A stretch of DNA of 64,000 bases, from the NCBI GenBank assembly GCA_951406725.2, contig OX597821.1, positions 3,348,001 through 3,412,000 of the forward strand, written 5' to 3'. A model generated the notes under the pieces. It saw only the letters and a program-made list of their open reading frames with translations. It had not been told where the DNA came from and searched no databases. Source of the stretch: Octopus vulgaris (Eukaryota). Below, piece by piece: positions 29,559-43,827 of this stretch (the first letter of the stretch is position 1; each line of letters starts with the position of its first letter). The position numbers were made by a program, and so were the translations under genes.

Positions 29559-29830
29559 GCAGTTTAAACAAATATCAACAACTTAATTGATGATGACGTT
29601 GACTGATAAGTTTTAAATGAAGTCGGAGAAGATGCGGGCGTTGATGGTGATGACGACGACGACGACGACGATGATGATGATGATGATGATGAAGAGGACG
29701 AAGATGATGATGATGATGATGATGTTGGAGATGGTGACGCTTGCGTTGGAAGCGGCAGTAATGGTGGCGGTGATGATGGTACTGGTAGTGGTGGTGGTGG
29801 TGGTGGTGGTATAATGGTGATGGTGATAAA
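29465..29830. repeat. (AAT)n plus mosaic GAT/GAC/GGT trinucleotide repeat
   Basis: Directly visible; source of the poly-S/P/H/M ORFs. Confidence 0.9.
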
Positions 29831-29983
29831 GATAGCATTAAAGGTTTTACATATGTATATATGTACGCATGTATATATATATATATATATAAATATATAT
29901 GCGTGTGTGTGTGTACCTATATATATAGCTGTATATATACATATACACGCATATAAGTACACGTTTCTCTGTGTGTGAGTGTT

Positions 29984-30019
<36 letters not shown>

Positions 30020-30718
30020 CACGTTTGTATGTATATATATACACACACACACACACACGCACACGCACACACGCACAGATAAATTCTGCGTGGACGTATG
30101 TCAAATTTTATTCGAAGTATACTTAGGTCCATTTGCGAGGAATCAAGCCAAAAATTAGAGTCAGATAAATCATAAGAAAATAGAAATCAATGATTATCAA
30201 TTTAGCATTCTTTCAAATAATTATTATTTGTTTTCTTTATGCACGGTAGCCATTAGATCTTTTGCAATTTTCTTATTATGAGCATGTCTGTAGGAAATTA
30301 AATTCCACATTAGCGTCTAACACTCTATAATTTAGAAACAAATATTCCGGTAATGCAATGAACGTTTCAAGGGTCTCGGCATATTTGGTTATGTGTTAGT
30401 GACTGGATCTATATTCTTTTGATTTATATAGACAATTATATATTCGTGTGTGTGAGATGGAAAGACAGAGAGGGAGAGAGAAAGAAAGAGAGCCAAAGCG
30501 TGAGTATGTGTGAGACTGAGTGTTTGTGTGTTTGCAACAGAAAGAGAGATATAAAGCTAGACATGTATATATGTATGTGTGAGCGCACACACACATACAC
30601 ACACACATATATATATACACATATATATACCTATATATACATACATGCATACATATATACATATATATATATATGTATGAGCACACATGTGCCTATATAT
30701 ATGTTTACAATTGTATAT

Positions 30719-30769
<51 letters not shown>

Positions 30770-31480
30770 GTTATACCTATATATGTATACAAATATATAT
30801 AGATAAATATGTTAAAATATACTTATATATATGTATGTATACAAATATACATATATGTGTTTGTCTGTTTGTGTGCGGGTGTGTTTGTGTGTGTAAAGAC
30901 AAACATGTATGTTTGTATGCGTATACACATCGATTTCAAACAGAATTTCCAGGTATGTGTATATGTTCAATCATCGAGCTATTTTGAATTAGTGTGTAAG
31001 TATGAGAGAAATGTATTAAGATTAAGATTTCGCAAGCACTCTTCGTATGATTCAAGCGGTGACAGCGTCGCACAATGTTTACAGGGTCAATTACTAATGG
31101 AGTTTAGCCGAACGATCTCAACAAACTTCACTGGTACAGAAATTTAATTCACAGGAGTTAATAGAATATACTCAAAACGCCACCAGCAGACTGGAAACAA
31201 TGACAACATCAATGTGAGGCATATACACACACACACATATGTATATACACACACACACATGTATATCCACATACACAAAACTATATATATATATATATAT
31301 ATATATAGGGAGGATTCACAAAAAACAAAAGACGGAGACAGGGCGTGTAGACAACAAACAGATATATTAGTATAACGCTTGGGAAGTGAAAAACAAGGAG
31401 AGAAAATATAGAATGTGTAGTGGCTAGCGATCTATCATACATACATATATATATATATATATATAAAACCAAAAAATATA

Positions 31481-33385
31481 TATAACCCAAAAATAAGCAA
31501 CAAGAATGGATCAGCAGTTTAGTACAATTGTTTCATACTATAACAATTTATTAAAGCTGTAAATATTACAGCAAATATAATGTTAATTAATCTTCAGCTA
31601 ATTTCATATAGGTTTTCCAAACATCTTAGACAGTGTAAATATATGTGAGCTCCAGGAACTTGATTAATAGAAATAATTATAATGATAAAAATAAGGATAA
31701 TAAAAATAGAAATAATACCGACAATAATGATAACAATTATATCTATAGCAGTAATAATTACTTGGATATAAATACAAATAATAATAATAGCAATATCAAT
31801 AATGTAGGTAATAGAGTTATTGTTATCGTGGATCTAAATGATAGTGTAAATGGATCAATAAATAGTAACCCCACTTTGGATAGCAATATTACCTATAATA
31901 ATGAAAATAATATTCATAATAATTTGAATAACAGCAATGTGAGAGATCCGTCCTTAAATAAATCTAAATCACAAAATTATCCCCCTAGTTGCAATTGTAG
32001 GATTAGGTCAAATTGTCCGGCATATAACCTAAAATATAACCTAAAATGGGAAACAGTTAGAAGGGCAATACCTTATAGAAATAATAAGGTGGGCTGTCAA
32101 TTCTGTTCTATGGAGACCTATGAGATTTTAAAGTATAGAAAAAATAAAAATGTAATAAATAATCATATTGAGTTGGGTTGTCTTGTATTCATTCAAAAAT
32201 CAAAACTTTAAAATATTTTAAATATAAATTTTTAGGTTCTCCTATTATTGGTCTTTCTAACTGTATCTTTTTTATTATAAAAATAAATAGTAAATATACT
32301 ATGCTAATTTTTAATTGACTTTATAGTCAACTTAATTAACCTTACTTTAATAAAAAAATTGCTAAATTTTCCTAATTTTATTCTAAATTTAACATGTAAT
32401 ACTATTCCCTTAGTTATACATTTGATTTTCACTATAAGTTTGAATAGGTACAGTTCCCCTACCATTTGCTATTGATGTTAATTGACCTCCAGATGCTGAC
32501 CTAAATTATTTCTTACCATATAAAAATATAAGTTAAAATATAAACAAAAATAAATAAATAGCCTTCTATTCTAGTGTTAACCTTAATTTTCTTACTGTAT
32601 CTTTCTCTACCGATAGCCTATGAGCCCTTTAGTGTTTTCCTTTGATCTTTCTTTATTTTAACTCCCACTATTAATTCTGATGGCTTTCAGTTGATAAGCT
32701 AGGGATGGTCAACCTTACAGTTCTCTTAAGAATCTAAGATTCCTTCCACACTGACCTAGATTTTCTGTCAACACAGAAATAGACTGACCGTTCTTTTTAG
32801 TATCTTTGTCTCTTTTACACCCCCATATATATTTTTTCTCCTTTTGTTCTTTTCTCTAGCTAGTCAGCTTCCTTGACCTACCCCGCTTTCATTCCTACTA
32901 CTATAGAAATTTGTTTGCAACAGTTAGATGCGAACTTAATCGTGGTCTGACGGGCATCTTTCTTCATGTTTCCTGAAATGTATATCCTCATTTTTGATGA
33001 GTATTTTCACCTACTCTGGGATGTCACTAATTAATTTAAGAACTTTGTATTGTTGGAAAGCATATATGGTCTGCTTGGAATCTTGCTTCAAGTTCCTGGA
33101 GCTCACATCTATAACTTTATAAGTATATTTACACTCTCTAAAATGTTTGGAAAACCTATATGAAATTAGCTGAAGATTACTTAACATTATATCTGCTGTA
33201 ATATTTACAGCTTTAATAAATTGTTATAGTATGAAACAATTGTACTAAACTACTGATTCATTCATGTTGCTTATTTTTTGGTTATAATCACCCCACATAA
33301 TTTTATGGGTAATACCATGAAAAATTCTGGTGCATCTAAGTTAAATACCATATCCATTTGAATCTAAATTGTTTTGCTGAAATTA
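31481..33385 (+). mobile_element. Penelope-like element 3' remnant with inverted terminal-repeat copy
   Basis: ORF 31645..32211 ends SCNCRIRSNCP/YNLKWETVRRAIPY...CQFCSMETYEIL, a PLE endonuclease-flanking pattern with the GIY-YIG core apparently deleted and an Asn-rich N-terminal part. 31481-31643 is the inverted copy of 33124-33286. Confidence 0.8.
33161..33260 (+). ncRNA. Type I hammerhead ribozyme-like motif in the PLE terminal repeat (second copy on the minus strand at about 31506-31606)
   Basis: ttag CTGAAGA (33170-76), long stem II tacttaaca...tgttatagta, GAAA (33233-36), c-aatt-g TA ctaa. Stem III is palindromic and the triplet is GUA. Confidence 0.7.
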
Positions 33386-34044
33386 TATATATATAGATGG
33401 CATAGGCCATGTGTTCAGACCTTCTCTGCTGTTGTCCATCATTGATGCTCGATCGCTAGATATAGCAGTGATTCATCACCCCGCCAGCGATTTATAGATA
33501 ATCAGTGCCAGAACAGTTACCTTCGTAAAAGAGTTTGATACTACCAACTCATATATATATGAAATTGTACGGTAAGATACTTCTTTACGATCTAAAGCCG
33601 AATCCGATATTTGCGATTGAAATTTCTCAAAATTACAGCTGTATTTTTCATCTGTTCAGTAAATTATATTTTTCAGTTGAAGATCGCTACTATAATCAGC
33701 AGTTTTTCCTTGTTTAATAACTTAATTTTTTTTTTCAATATTTTCTCCAATGCTCCGCAGTTTGTTTATTTATTTATATATTTTTTGTATCGTTTGATAA
33801 TTTAAAATGTCTGAACATGTTTCACTTTGATTTCTTGTTTGTTGTTTTGTAAAAGTGTATCAGTCTTCCTATCTATCTGCAGCTCGTATTAAGAAATATT
33901 CTTTCTAGACCATTGCTCATATTTTCATATGCTTTTTCATGTTGTATAGCTTCTGTTTTGTCTTGTATATCTTTCATTTCCCCTTCCTCTTTCTTCTCTT
34001 CCCTTCTTGCTTCTTTTCTTATATTGTCGTTCATGTTTCATATA

Positions 34045-34190
34045 CTCTTCTTCTTCTTCTTCTTCTTCTTCTTCTTCTTCTTCTTCTTCTTCTTCTTCTT
34101 CTTCTTTTTCTCCTTGTTCTTCCTCTTGTTGTTGTTGTTCTTCTTCTTCTTCTTCTAGTAGTATTAGTAATATCAGTAGTAGTAGTATTA
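34045..34190. repeat. (TTC)n/(TTG)n/(TAG)n compound microsatellite
   Basis: Directly visible. Confidence 0.95.
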
Positions 34191-34205
34191 ATTTCGCGCG
34201 TTCCA

Positions 34206-34236
<31 letters not shown>

Positions 34237-34673
34237 AACACAAACACACTCAAGCACACACTCACACACACACATGCACACATATGTATGAGAATACACT
34301 GTAAAATACATAATTTGCTTGTATAAGTCTGCCGGCTTCTGGTTCAAGGAACCTGACTGTTATTTCTAACAGGTCATATAACCGTGTCTGGAGTTTATTA
34401 CATTTGGATATATCTCTTTCAATATCATAGAACGTATAAAATATTATCGTCTAGAAGCGGGTTTCTCTTTACACATCTTGATTTCATTTCACATCACAGA
34501 GGGCTTTATGAAATATTTCTCTTTACGCGACGTTAGCTCTTTCCCCCTAAATAGCGGCAAATGTTTGATGTACATGATGATTGATTCTGGATTCGGTTAC
34601 ACAGACGCTCACCTTGAAGCCCACCTTTGAATCTGCTACTAGTTTATTCTTATCTCTCCTAATCGTTTATAGA

Positions 34674-34724
<51 letters not shown>

Positions 34725-36476
34725 CTCATACACATATGCATACGAGGACATACACACGATTTTCTATTTCTACGAAGCACCATTGCTCTCCTCTCGTCTT
34801 CATGAATCTACCGACGTTTCAGGAATAATATAATCCCAGTATTAGTATAAGAGAATGATGAAAGCCTCGAAATAATGAATAGTGAAGAATGAAGTGAAAC
34901 ATAGACGAAATCAATAATTCTGATTTAAGCATATTAAAGCTGAATTATTCATGACATTTATTTTCATATTCCTCCTACCATTGTTAAATATATTTCACCG
35001 CTTTTCTATACACATACATGTATGACAATGCCTTAAGTAATCTACACAATCTTGTATTTCCGTAGTTATTTTCCGACATCATGATTCTATTACAACATTA
35101 TTAAGGAAATGAAAAGCCAGATACATCCTATTAAAACTTCAGTTCTGAAGTTTATAACCTAAGAAGTTCGAAAGTCACATGCTTTATATTGCAACAAAGA
35201 TTTTCTACTCAGAATCTCAAGCAAAACGCGTCAATTAAATATACGAAGACGTTATTAGGTTTTAAATCGAAAATGCCTGACATAGCAAATTGTCTGCGTG
35301 GACCAGAGCTGATCGAATAGACTTATCAAGAAAGATGTTCCTGAAACAATTGTCTTGTTTTGTTATACAGTGAATATAGAGCCATATCATCAAATGATTT
35401 ATTGTTGATGGCAGTCGATTATAATGTGGGTTTGCTGTGTTTAGATAATTATGAAAACTTTGAGACATCATAATTTACTCATCAAATTTACAACCTATTT
35501 TTTTTATTTTTAACAATGCATGTAGTTGACGCTCATCGAGAAAGCCAATGAACTGTTCTGTAGGTGTTTACATTTACGACTTTATTCAATGTTCGCTTTT
35601 TTTTCTGCTTACAAATGCATGCGTAAATGAGATTGCTACTATGGGAAATTATTGCACAACTTTACTGGTTTTCGTTTTACGAGGGAACCAAATTAACCAT
35701 AATGAACCATATTGAAGCATTAATATATATCTATGGGCGTGCGCTATGATACATGTATTTGAACATTTCTACGAAAGATGTAACACGCATATGACTGAGA
35801 CTTCAGGATTCTTCTGGAGTACGTGATAGAGTACACTTTAATTTCCTTCTCGACGGCTGTGTGAGTTGTGATGTTGACTTTAAGCTATTAATATACCAAA
35901 CCGTTTATTGCGACTCTACTGTTTATGCGCTGAAATTTATTTACGCTTAAATTTACACTGCAGACGCAATGTGTTTTAAGTCGTAGATGTAGGAACCTAT
36001 TTCTGTTGAGATGAAATCACAGAAAATTACACGGAAATATTTTACAAATTCTCAAACTGTTTTGAAAGAAATACTTTATTCATGATATGTAGTGTATCAT
36101 TTTATTTTTAGTGAGTAATAGACGAGTGAAAGCTTATTTCAATCAAAGTATAAACAGGGACATTTCTTATTATACACATGGACAAACGTGATCAAAAGTT
36201 TATTTTTATCGAAAGTAGTGCTTCCTATATACGGTCAGGCTATTCCTGTATCTTTAACACAATCATTTTCGTCGGTTACAGTTATCCAAGGGGCTGCCCT
36301 AACACGCGAAGGAAATTGCATTAAGGATCTTTTATATTTTCATCGCTATAAGTTCAACTGCGATACTCAAAATGTTAGGAATCAATATAAGCCGGTACAA
36401 ATATATGTCGTAACCCAAGCGTGAATCGAAAGAGCCAGCGTAGTTGTGACAACAGAAATATAGGGTACTCATTTAA

Positions 36477-36843
36477 TTGTTTCAGTCATTTGACTGCGGT
36501 CATGCTGGAGTACCTCCTTTAGTCGAGTAAATCGAACCCAGGACTTATTCTTTGTAAGCCTAGTACTTATTCTATCGATCTCTTTTGCCGAACCGCTAAG
36601 TTATGGAGATGCAAACGCACCACCATCTGTTGTCAAGCGACATTGGGAGGACAAACATAGACACACAAACATATACAAACACATACACTTTCCGTCTACC
36701 AAATCCACTCTCAATGCTTTGGTCGGCCCGAGGCTATAGTAGAAGACACTTGCCCAAGGTGCCATGCAGTGGGACTGAACCTGGAACCATGTGGTTGGTA
36801 AGCAAGCTACTTACCTACTTACCACTCAGCCACTCCTGCGCCT
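36477..36843 (-). mobile_element. SINE family A lacking the internal (TA)n
   Basis: Same head and tail as 10920-11418, with the central microsatellite and adjacent bases missing at about 36688. Confidence 0.9.
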
Positions 36844-37179
36844 ATAGATAAGATCTGGTGAGTTCAGTAGTCATAATTCAGCTACTGTTAGTAAATTGGA
36901 TACTGTATTTAGACTACATGTTCTTCCTTATCCGTCTACTAAGAAAGGTCGATAGGTAAATACTTTGAGAAGGATTGGACACTCTGTAAAAGATATAACA
37001 AATGAGTTTTCCAAGAACCATCCACTAGTAAATTTATCTCGCATTTATACAGATTTATGCACACACATACAAAAATGGGTGCTTGAAGTTATATAATATG
37101 CAAGTGTATAGGTGTCTATGCGTATTGGTTTCTCTCTCTTTTTCTCTATATGTCTGTCTCTCTCTCTCCATCGTCATAT

Positions 37180-37369
37180 ATGGATAAGAAACAAGTTTAA
37201 AATAATGGTCATTGCATATTTTTCCTATATTGGAGAAAATTTGGGTTACAGCTGTTTCGAGTCGTCATTTTTGGTACATTACTGATAGGTTTGCTGAACC
37301 ATCGATCATTTGAGGAAAATTGAACGACATAAGAAAATTAATACTACTTGCATCAGAGCCATTTCTAAT

Positions 37370-37372
<3 letters not shown>
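37180..37372 (-). mobile_element. Short PLE-terminal-repeat-like element with a hammerhead-like motif, next to (TA)n
   Basis: Minus strand: agaaatggct CTGATGC, a long insert, then gactc GAAA cagctg TA acccaaattttct. Confidence 0.5.
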
Positions 37373-37422
<50 letters not shown>

Positions 37423-37976
37423 TTATTTATATGTGTATACATACATATATATATATATATATATGTATGTATGCATGTATGTATTTACTTCTTTGGGTAT
37501 ATTTGTAAAACTCGTAATTCGCACTTCCACCACAGAATATAATATTAAATATCGCTCATCTGATTTTCTCACTGAGAGTTGCAACTAATATTACGAAATC
37601 AATAATCAGACTATATCAAATGGTGTCACATGCCAAACGGCTTTACGGAACATTGCTTCGTATTTGTATTTCAACAAATTAATGATATTAGAAAAGGAAA
37701 AATATGTCTGCAGATAGGTTAAGATCGTTTTTTTTAAAGTTATTATATATTTCAGAATAACTTTATTAATTGAACAATTATGATTTACAAGTGAAATTGA
37801 AATTTAATAATCTCAGTTATTTGTTTCGTATGAACAGGTCGCACGGTTTTCTAGTTTTGCATGTATTTTACAGCATATGAGTTAAACATTTTGTACGCAA
37901 GTTAATTGATGCTATGTGAGGTTAGTATGTAATATCTGTAAAAGCTGAACATTCAGTTAATAATAGATTTAATGTA

Positions 37977-38530
37977 TTGGGTTGTCCGGAAAGTTCGTGC
38001 CGATTTTTAAAGGAAAGAAAAAGGTCAATAAATACTTGACATTACATTTTAATCAACCAAATATGAACCATTTTGTTGCACAATGCGTCTACATCTTTCC
38101 TTTAACTTGAAAATACCCTCTTCCCAGAATTGAGGAGGTTTCATGGCAAAGAATTCATCAAAGTATCTTTTTACGTCATCCAAAGAATTGAAATTTTTGC
38201 CATTAAAACTATTCAGCAGAGACATGAATAAGTGGAAATCCGAAGGAGCAATATCTGGTGAATATGGAGGGTGGGGTAACACATCCCAGCCGAGCAGCAG
38301 CAATTTTTGTCTGGTTCCCAAAACATCAAGTGCCGAAAATGAACTTTCTTATCTTTCCTTTTATAGGGTTACTACACGTTATAGGAACATAAATCTTCCG
38401 CGAAAAGATAGCTTTAGCTGTGCTCTAAAGGGGTGTGTAGTCAAATCCTATTTTATGGACACAACCATGGTCTAAAATAAGTCGAAATGTAATCTACTAT
38501 AAATCGGCACGGACTTTACGGACAACCCAA
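37977..38530 (-). mobile_element. Internally deleted mariner with both TIRs and TA TSD
   Basis: TIRs ttgggttgtccggaaagttcgtgccgattt / aaatcggcacggactttacggacaacccaa flanked by TA. ORF 38049..38321 has GWDVLPHPPYSPDIAPSDFHLF. Confidence 0.95.
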
Positions 38531-39699
38531 TAATATACTTTTGGAGATTAGATTTTCATTTCTCAATGAAACTTTTAATAAAATAGGTTGAATTAGAAAT
38601 TATAAGAGGAATTGAAAGGCGGCAATACAGTTATTGTTCAGTTACCCTTTTCAAATAGGAACAGCGTATAATGTGCTTTCGTATTTTGCGCATCGCATAA
38701 GAATGGAGACAATGCAATATTCATATCTATATAAATTGCATAATAATAATTTCATAATAATAATAGTTTCAGCTCCGCAGTGTTGTTGTTATTTCTTGGC
38801 CTAATCCTTATTAGATATCTCCTTATAGTTCATATTCAAATACATTTGAACCGAAACCATCTGGGGATATTTATTTTGTTTCTGCAGACATCAAAATATA
38901 CTTCATTAAATATTAAAAAAAACGAAAAAACGACTGGGGAATCATTTTACAGAAATTTTAAAACTACTTTTAGCACAGAGTGGCCACATAAAAGATATTT
39001 TCTTTAATCCCTTGAAGATAAGTTTAAACTTAAATCTACTACCAAATTTATTAAAAGTTTAAGAAAAATTCGGAAATTTGGAAATCTCATAGCCCCTAAT
39101 TTCTTTTCCTGTAAGAAAAGGGCCAAAAAACTCATAGATAATTCCTGTGGTCTTCATTTTATGCGAACCTCGTATTTGGTGTTTCAGTGCAACATAATTA
39201 TTTTTGGCGGTGACGAAAGTATAAATTGCTAAAAATAATGTTGCCAAATTTTATTATCAACTCATTATTTTTCTGATTGTAGGTTATATGTATTTTGTTT
39301 ACAAATATATGGTCTTTACTTCTTGTTTGCAATGTACTATCTTTAAAGCCAGGATTAGTCTCGTTTGAAATCGGGGACGTTTGTGAATAGCATAATAATG
39401 TTTTTTTTAACAAATGGAAGTAAATTATTTTCTTTTCAAATTAGTTTCATTTACTGAAAAGAAATGAAGAAAAAAGAAACCGAAGCATTAACAACAATTG
39501 GCTGCATTCCTAAGTTCTTATGTGGAAAATTTATCTTTGTAGCCATGTTTCTACTCGGAAGAAAACCTCCCTACTGAACGATGCAAAGTATATCTAAAAG
39601 TCTGATCATCACTGCAACTAACATAAAAGCAACGCCAGTAACAAAATAAGTGATGATGGGGACGCAGATGATGATATTATTGTTCCTCTTCTGATTATT

Positions 39700-39880
39700 A
39701 TTTTACTTCTCAAAGATCATCGTCTTCTTAAGACTGGTTGATTCTGTGAGAGCGAACAAAGTCTCTTTCAGCAAACTATGACACTTGCATGTTAAGTTAT
39801 CGAGGATGAAACAGAACCCGAACACAATTCTGAAAATCCTAGCCGTCCACAACAGAGCGGTTTTGCGGGGAGGGCCTTTC
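39700..39880 (-). mobile_element. Extreme 3' fragment of an RLE-type LINE next to a (TTC)/(TTA) array (39883-40150)
   Basis: RKTALLWTARIFRIV resembles the QK..LLGTA.ILR.VL C-terminus. Confidence 0.55.
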
Positions 39881-39881
39881 C

Positions 39882-39912
<31 letters not shown>

Positions 39913-39921
39913 CTTCTTCTT

Positions 39922-39952
<31 letters not shown>

Positions 39953-40040
39953 TTCTTCTTCTTCTTCTTCTTCTTCTCCTCCTCCTCCTCATTGTTCTTC
40001 TTCCTTTTCTTCTTCTTCTTCTTCTTCTTCTTCTTCTTCA

Positions 40041-40075
<35 letters not shown>

Positions 40076-40088
40076 TTCTTCTTCTTCT

Positions 40089-40134
<46 letters not shown>

Positions 40135-40154
40135 CATTATTATTATTACTATTA

Positions 40155-40440
40155 AGTTAGCTGGCAGTAACGTTAGCACGCCGGGCGAAATGCGTAGCTG
40201 TATTTCGTCTGGAATTACGTTCTGAGTTCAAATTCCGCCGAGGTCGACTTTGCCTTTCATCTATTCGAGATCGATAAATTAAGTACTAGTTGCGTTCTGC
40301 AGTCTATGTGAGGTCGTCTATGTCTTTCATCCTTTCGGGGTCAAGAAATTAAGTACGAATGAAACACTGGGGTCGATGTTATCGACAGGTTTCCTGCCCC
40401 GAAAGCTCAGGCCTTGTGCTTATAGTAGGGCGGATTATTA
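40155..40440 (+). mobile_element. SINE family B with internal partial duplication
   Basis: agctggcagtaacgttagcacgccgggcgaaatgcgtagc...gagttcaaattccgccgaggtcgactttgcctttcatc; the ctttcatcc...aaattaagtac segment occurs twice. Confidence 0.85.
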
Positions 40441-41170
40441 TTATTTCTGCTGTAATCTCAAAGTAATCAGTTTTGAGTGATTCAGCGATTTTAGTGCCTA
40501 AAGTCTACTTTGTTTTTCCGATTCGAGAAACAAGAGAGACAAGTTAACTCCAGTGGGATGCGAACTCAGAACATAGAATGACGGAATCAATAACGCAAAA
40601 TACATTTTTTTTTCTCCCACACTAATGCCTAGAGAAAGGATAAAATGTCAACAGAACAAGGTAAAGATTAAGGAAATGTTCATCATATTAATCACTAATT
40701 AGATAAGGTTGTCGCACATAAGTGGCATCGGGAACGTTAATTAAAGACCCTTTGACACCTGACAGATGGAAATTTAGCTTTCTGTGATCTTTAGATAAAA
40801 TGGAATTAGGCAGTTGACACTTAATAAGGGAGTTGGTAGATTAGGGTAGATCAGATTGAAGCAGTTGTGTCATTGAATGCTACAAGAAAGAGAAAGGAAA
40901 AAAGGGAGGCAAGCAGGGTGTGAGAGTTGCGGTCGGTTGTAGATGTTGTAGCGGAAGGGAGTTATAGCTAGAGGAATTGATATTTAAGAGAAGAACAGAA
41001 AGAGAGAGAGAGAAAGAGGTGACAAAAGAAGGATAAAGAGAGAAGGAGATGTGGAGAAATTAATTTTAGAAAGGGATATCTATATGGTTTGCGAAACAAA
41101 TCCAAATGACATTAATTGAAATCATTAGACACATAGATTGGTTGGAAACAACGTGTGTGTGTATGCATGA

Positions 41171-41248
<78 letters not shown>

Positions 41249-41563
41249 GTGTATATAAATATATATATATATATAATATATATGTATATATATATATATG
41301 TGTATATATAATTTATATATATATATATACATATATATGTATATATATATATATCAATGGATGTTAATATATTCATATATATATATAAATGGATGTAAAT
41401 ACTTTCATAAATATGTGCGCGCTCACATACACACACATAAAATAGAGAGTAAGAGAGAGAGGAAAGAAGAGTGAGACACATGTGTGTATGTGCGTTTTTG
41501 TCTGTATGATTGTATAATTTTAGAATAATGTGGGTAGGCAATAATCTCCCCCCCCTCTCTCTC

Positions 41564-41598
<35 letters not shown>

Positions 41599-43775
41599 GA
41601 AGGCGATAAAAAGACACCAGTTCATCTAATGAATGCTAATCAATTAACAACCGAAGATATCCAGCTGTGACTTTATTGAAATTTAGACACAATTAAGGCG
41701 AGGATTAACCAATCACAACTAGATTTTGGCATTATTTCTCTCGTCACCATTTTAATTTAATATTAAAATTCATAATTTTAATATCTCCAAGAAAATATTA
41801 GCGAAAATGATAGACTGAATTTAATTACATGATTCTTGACTAAACATCCTGCATTTCAGGAGAAAGTTTTGCAAATAGCAATATATGTGTGTCTTTCTTT
41901 GTGTGTAGGAGTATGTTTGTGCATTGATGTGTGAGTGTATATGTGTATTTTATATCTTTGCTTATATATATATATATATATATATGCATATACGTATATA
42001 CGTATACGTATATACGTGTACGTATATACGTATATGCATATATGTATATACGTATATATATATATATGCGAATGTATGTGTACATTGATATATAAATATA
42101 TATATAGAGAGAGAGGGAGGGAAAGAGAGACAGACATACAGACAGACAGACAGAGATAACTAGATAGATAGATGCATGTGAGTGTATATTTCTCTGTGGT
42201 TGATATTATGTGTGCATATGAGCGCGCTTAGACTATGTAACTGTTTCGAAATTTTTCACCGGAAAATTGTGATTTTGCATATTAAAAATATGGAGTTAAT
42301 GATATTTGCAGCGATAGGCGAATTTAGATTTTTGATAGATAGGGTTCGACATAATGATTCAAAAATATTGTGCTTGTTTGCTAGAATCAACTAAGACACT
42401 TGAAAACGGTATCCCAGTTTGGTAACAGCAAAAGATTGCCAACAAATTTCTCTAGCAGGATATTGCTTTCTTTCGTGGCCTATATTGTTTGGTGAGTTTA
42501 GTTGATGTAAGAAACTGTGTTGAGCTTATCGTGATTATAAGCTTGATGTAACATGATCAATATTCATAAATGCGCAAGAAAATTTGTTCCTCTATTTGTT
42601 CTTGACACTAATTGGTTTTGTATGAATTTGAAAAACCGAAAAATAATTTTTTAATGTCTCTTAATGTACGAGCATGATGTAATATATTTTTATTATCACA
42701 TATTAAACACACGTTGTTTTTCTGTCTATAATTTAAGATCTCTGTTTCAAGTGGAAGCGTTTACGAGTAACTGCAAAATGTTAGTACGATCTTATATAAT
42801 AAAAACTACAATTCACACACATACTGTATATATGTGCCAGAGTGAATTGCATGCGTGAGTGCGTCTCTGTGTATCTGTGGGTGTTTGCGTGTCTGTGTGT
42901 GCATATGTATGCCATTAGAAATCTATATTCACATTTCATTTGCACGGATTTCTATATTTTTTGCTTGAAACAGAAGTTGACGTTTAAACACGTGTTCAGA
43001 GTTTCAATCCACTCAATCTAAAATATAATATACGCCGAATTGGCTTTCATAAGCTGTTCACAATCTATGTTTCTACATGTAAATATTGTTCATTGAGTTG
43101 GAGGTTGGTGCAATTGTAGGTACCCACAACCCCACCGCAATTGCATAAACTGAAGTTGCCGCGAGACTTAATAAATCTATATTCTGAAGTTCTTTATATT
43201 TTACTAGGCAATTTTTTAATGATGCAATTTTTTTAAATAATGGAATTTGATTGAATTGCATTCTGGAACTCTAGATTAGAACATGTTTTTTTCTGATATT
43301 AAAGTAATTCTAATAGAGCAGTCATGCTTTGCATCTAATAATCCACACCACATTAGAATACTAAGGTGCCATACTCTCACCATGTACCGAAATCCTTCCT
43401 GAAATATATATTCACCAACTTAGTCGAATTTGTGTTGTATAAACGTGCTGTTTGTTGAAATAACTATGAATTTGTCTATTTACATATCCAAATATATACT
43501 ATTTATATATACAGGGTGAGTCAAAAGTTACTTTCAAAAAAAAAAAAAAAGGATGAAAATCTCATAATTCAAAAAACAAACACAAAAATTTGAGAAAAAA
43601 AATACAATTAATAAATAAACTGGAAGTATTTGAAAATAGGGAGTTGATTTTCAATCCCCCTTTATATATGTCTGTGTGAAAAGATAGATATCAATATATA
43701 TATATATATAAGAATTTTTTGCGTAATAAGATAAAAAAAAACAAGTCTGAATAGATATTAGAGCATTGATAGATA

Positions 43776-43827
43776 GTCTTACAGCTGTTTCTAGGATATT
43801 TATTAATAATATCCCTTCATCGGAGAC
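43776..43827 (-). ncRNA. Type I hammerhead ribozyme-like motif within a PLE-like remnant after (TA)n
   Basis: Minus strand: gtct CCGATGA a gggatatt-attaata-aatatcct a GAAA c-agct-g TA agac. Stems I, II and III all pair; U4C variant. Confidence 0.7.

Noticed and set aside
31645-32211. 188-aa Asn-rich ORF as a host gene
   Set aside because: Its C-terminus matches PLE motifs and it lies between the inverted terminal repeats of that element.
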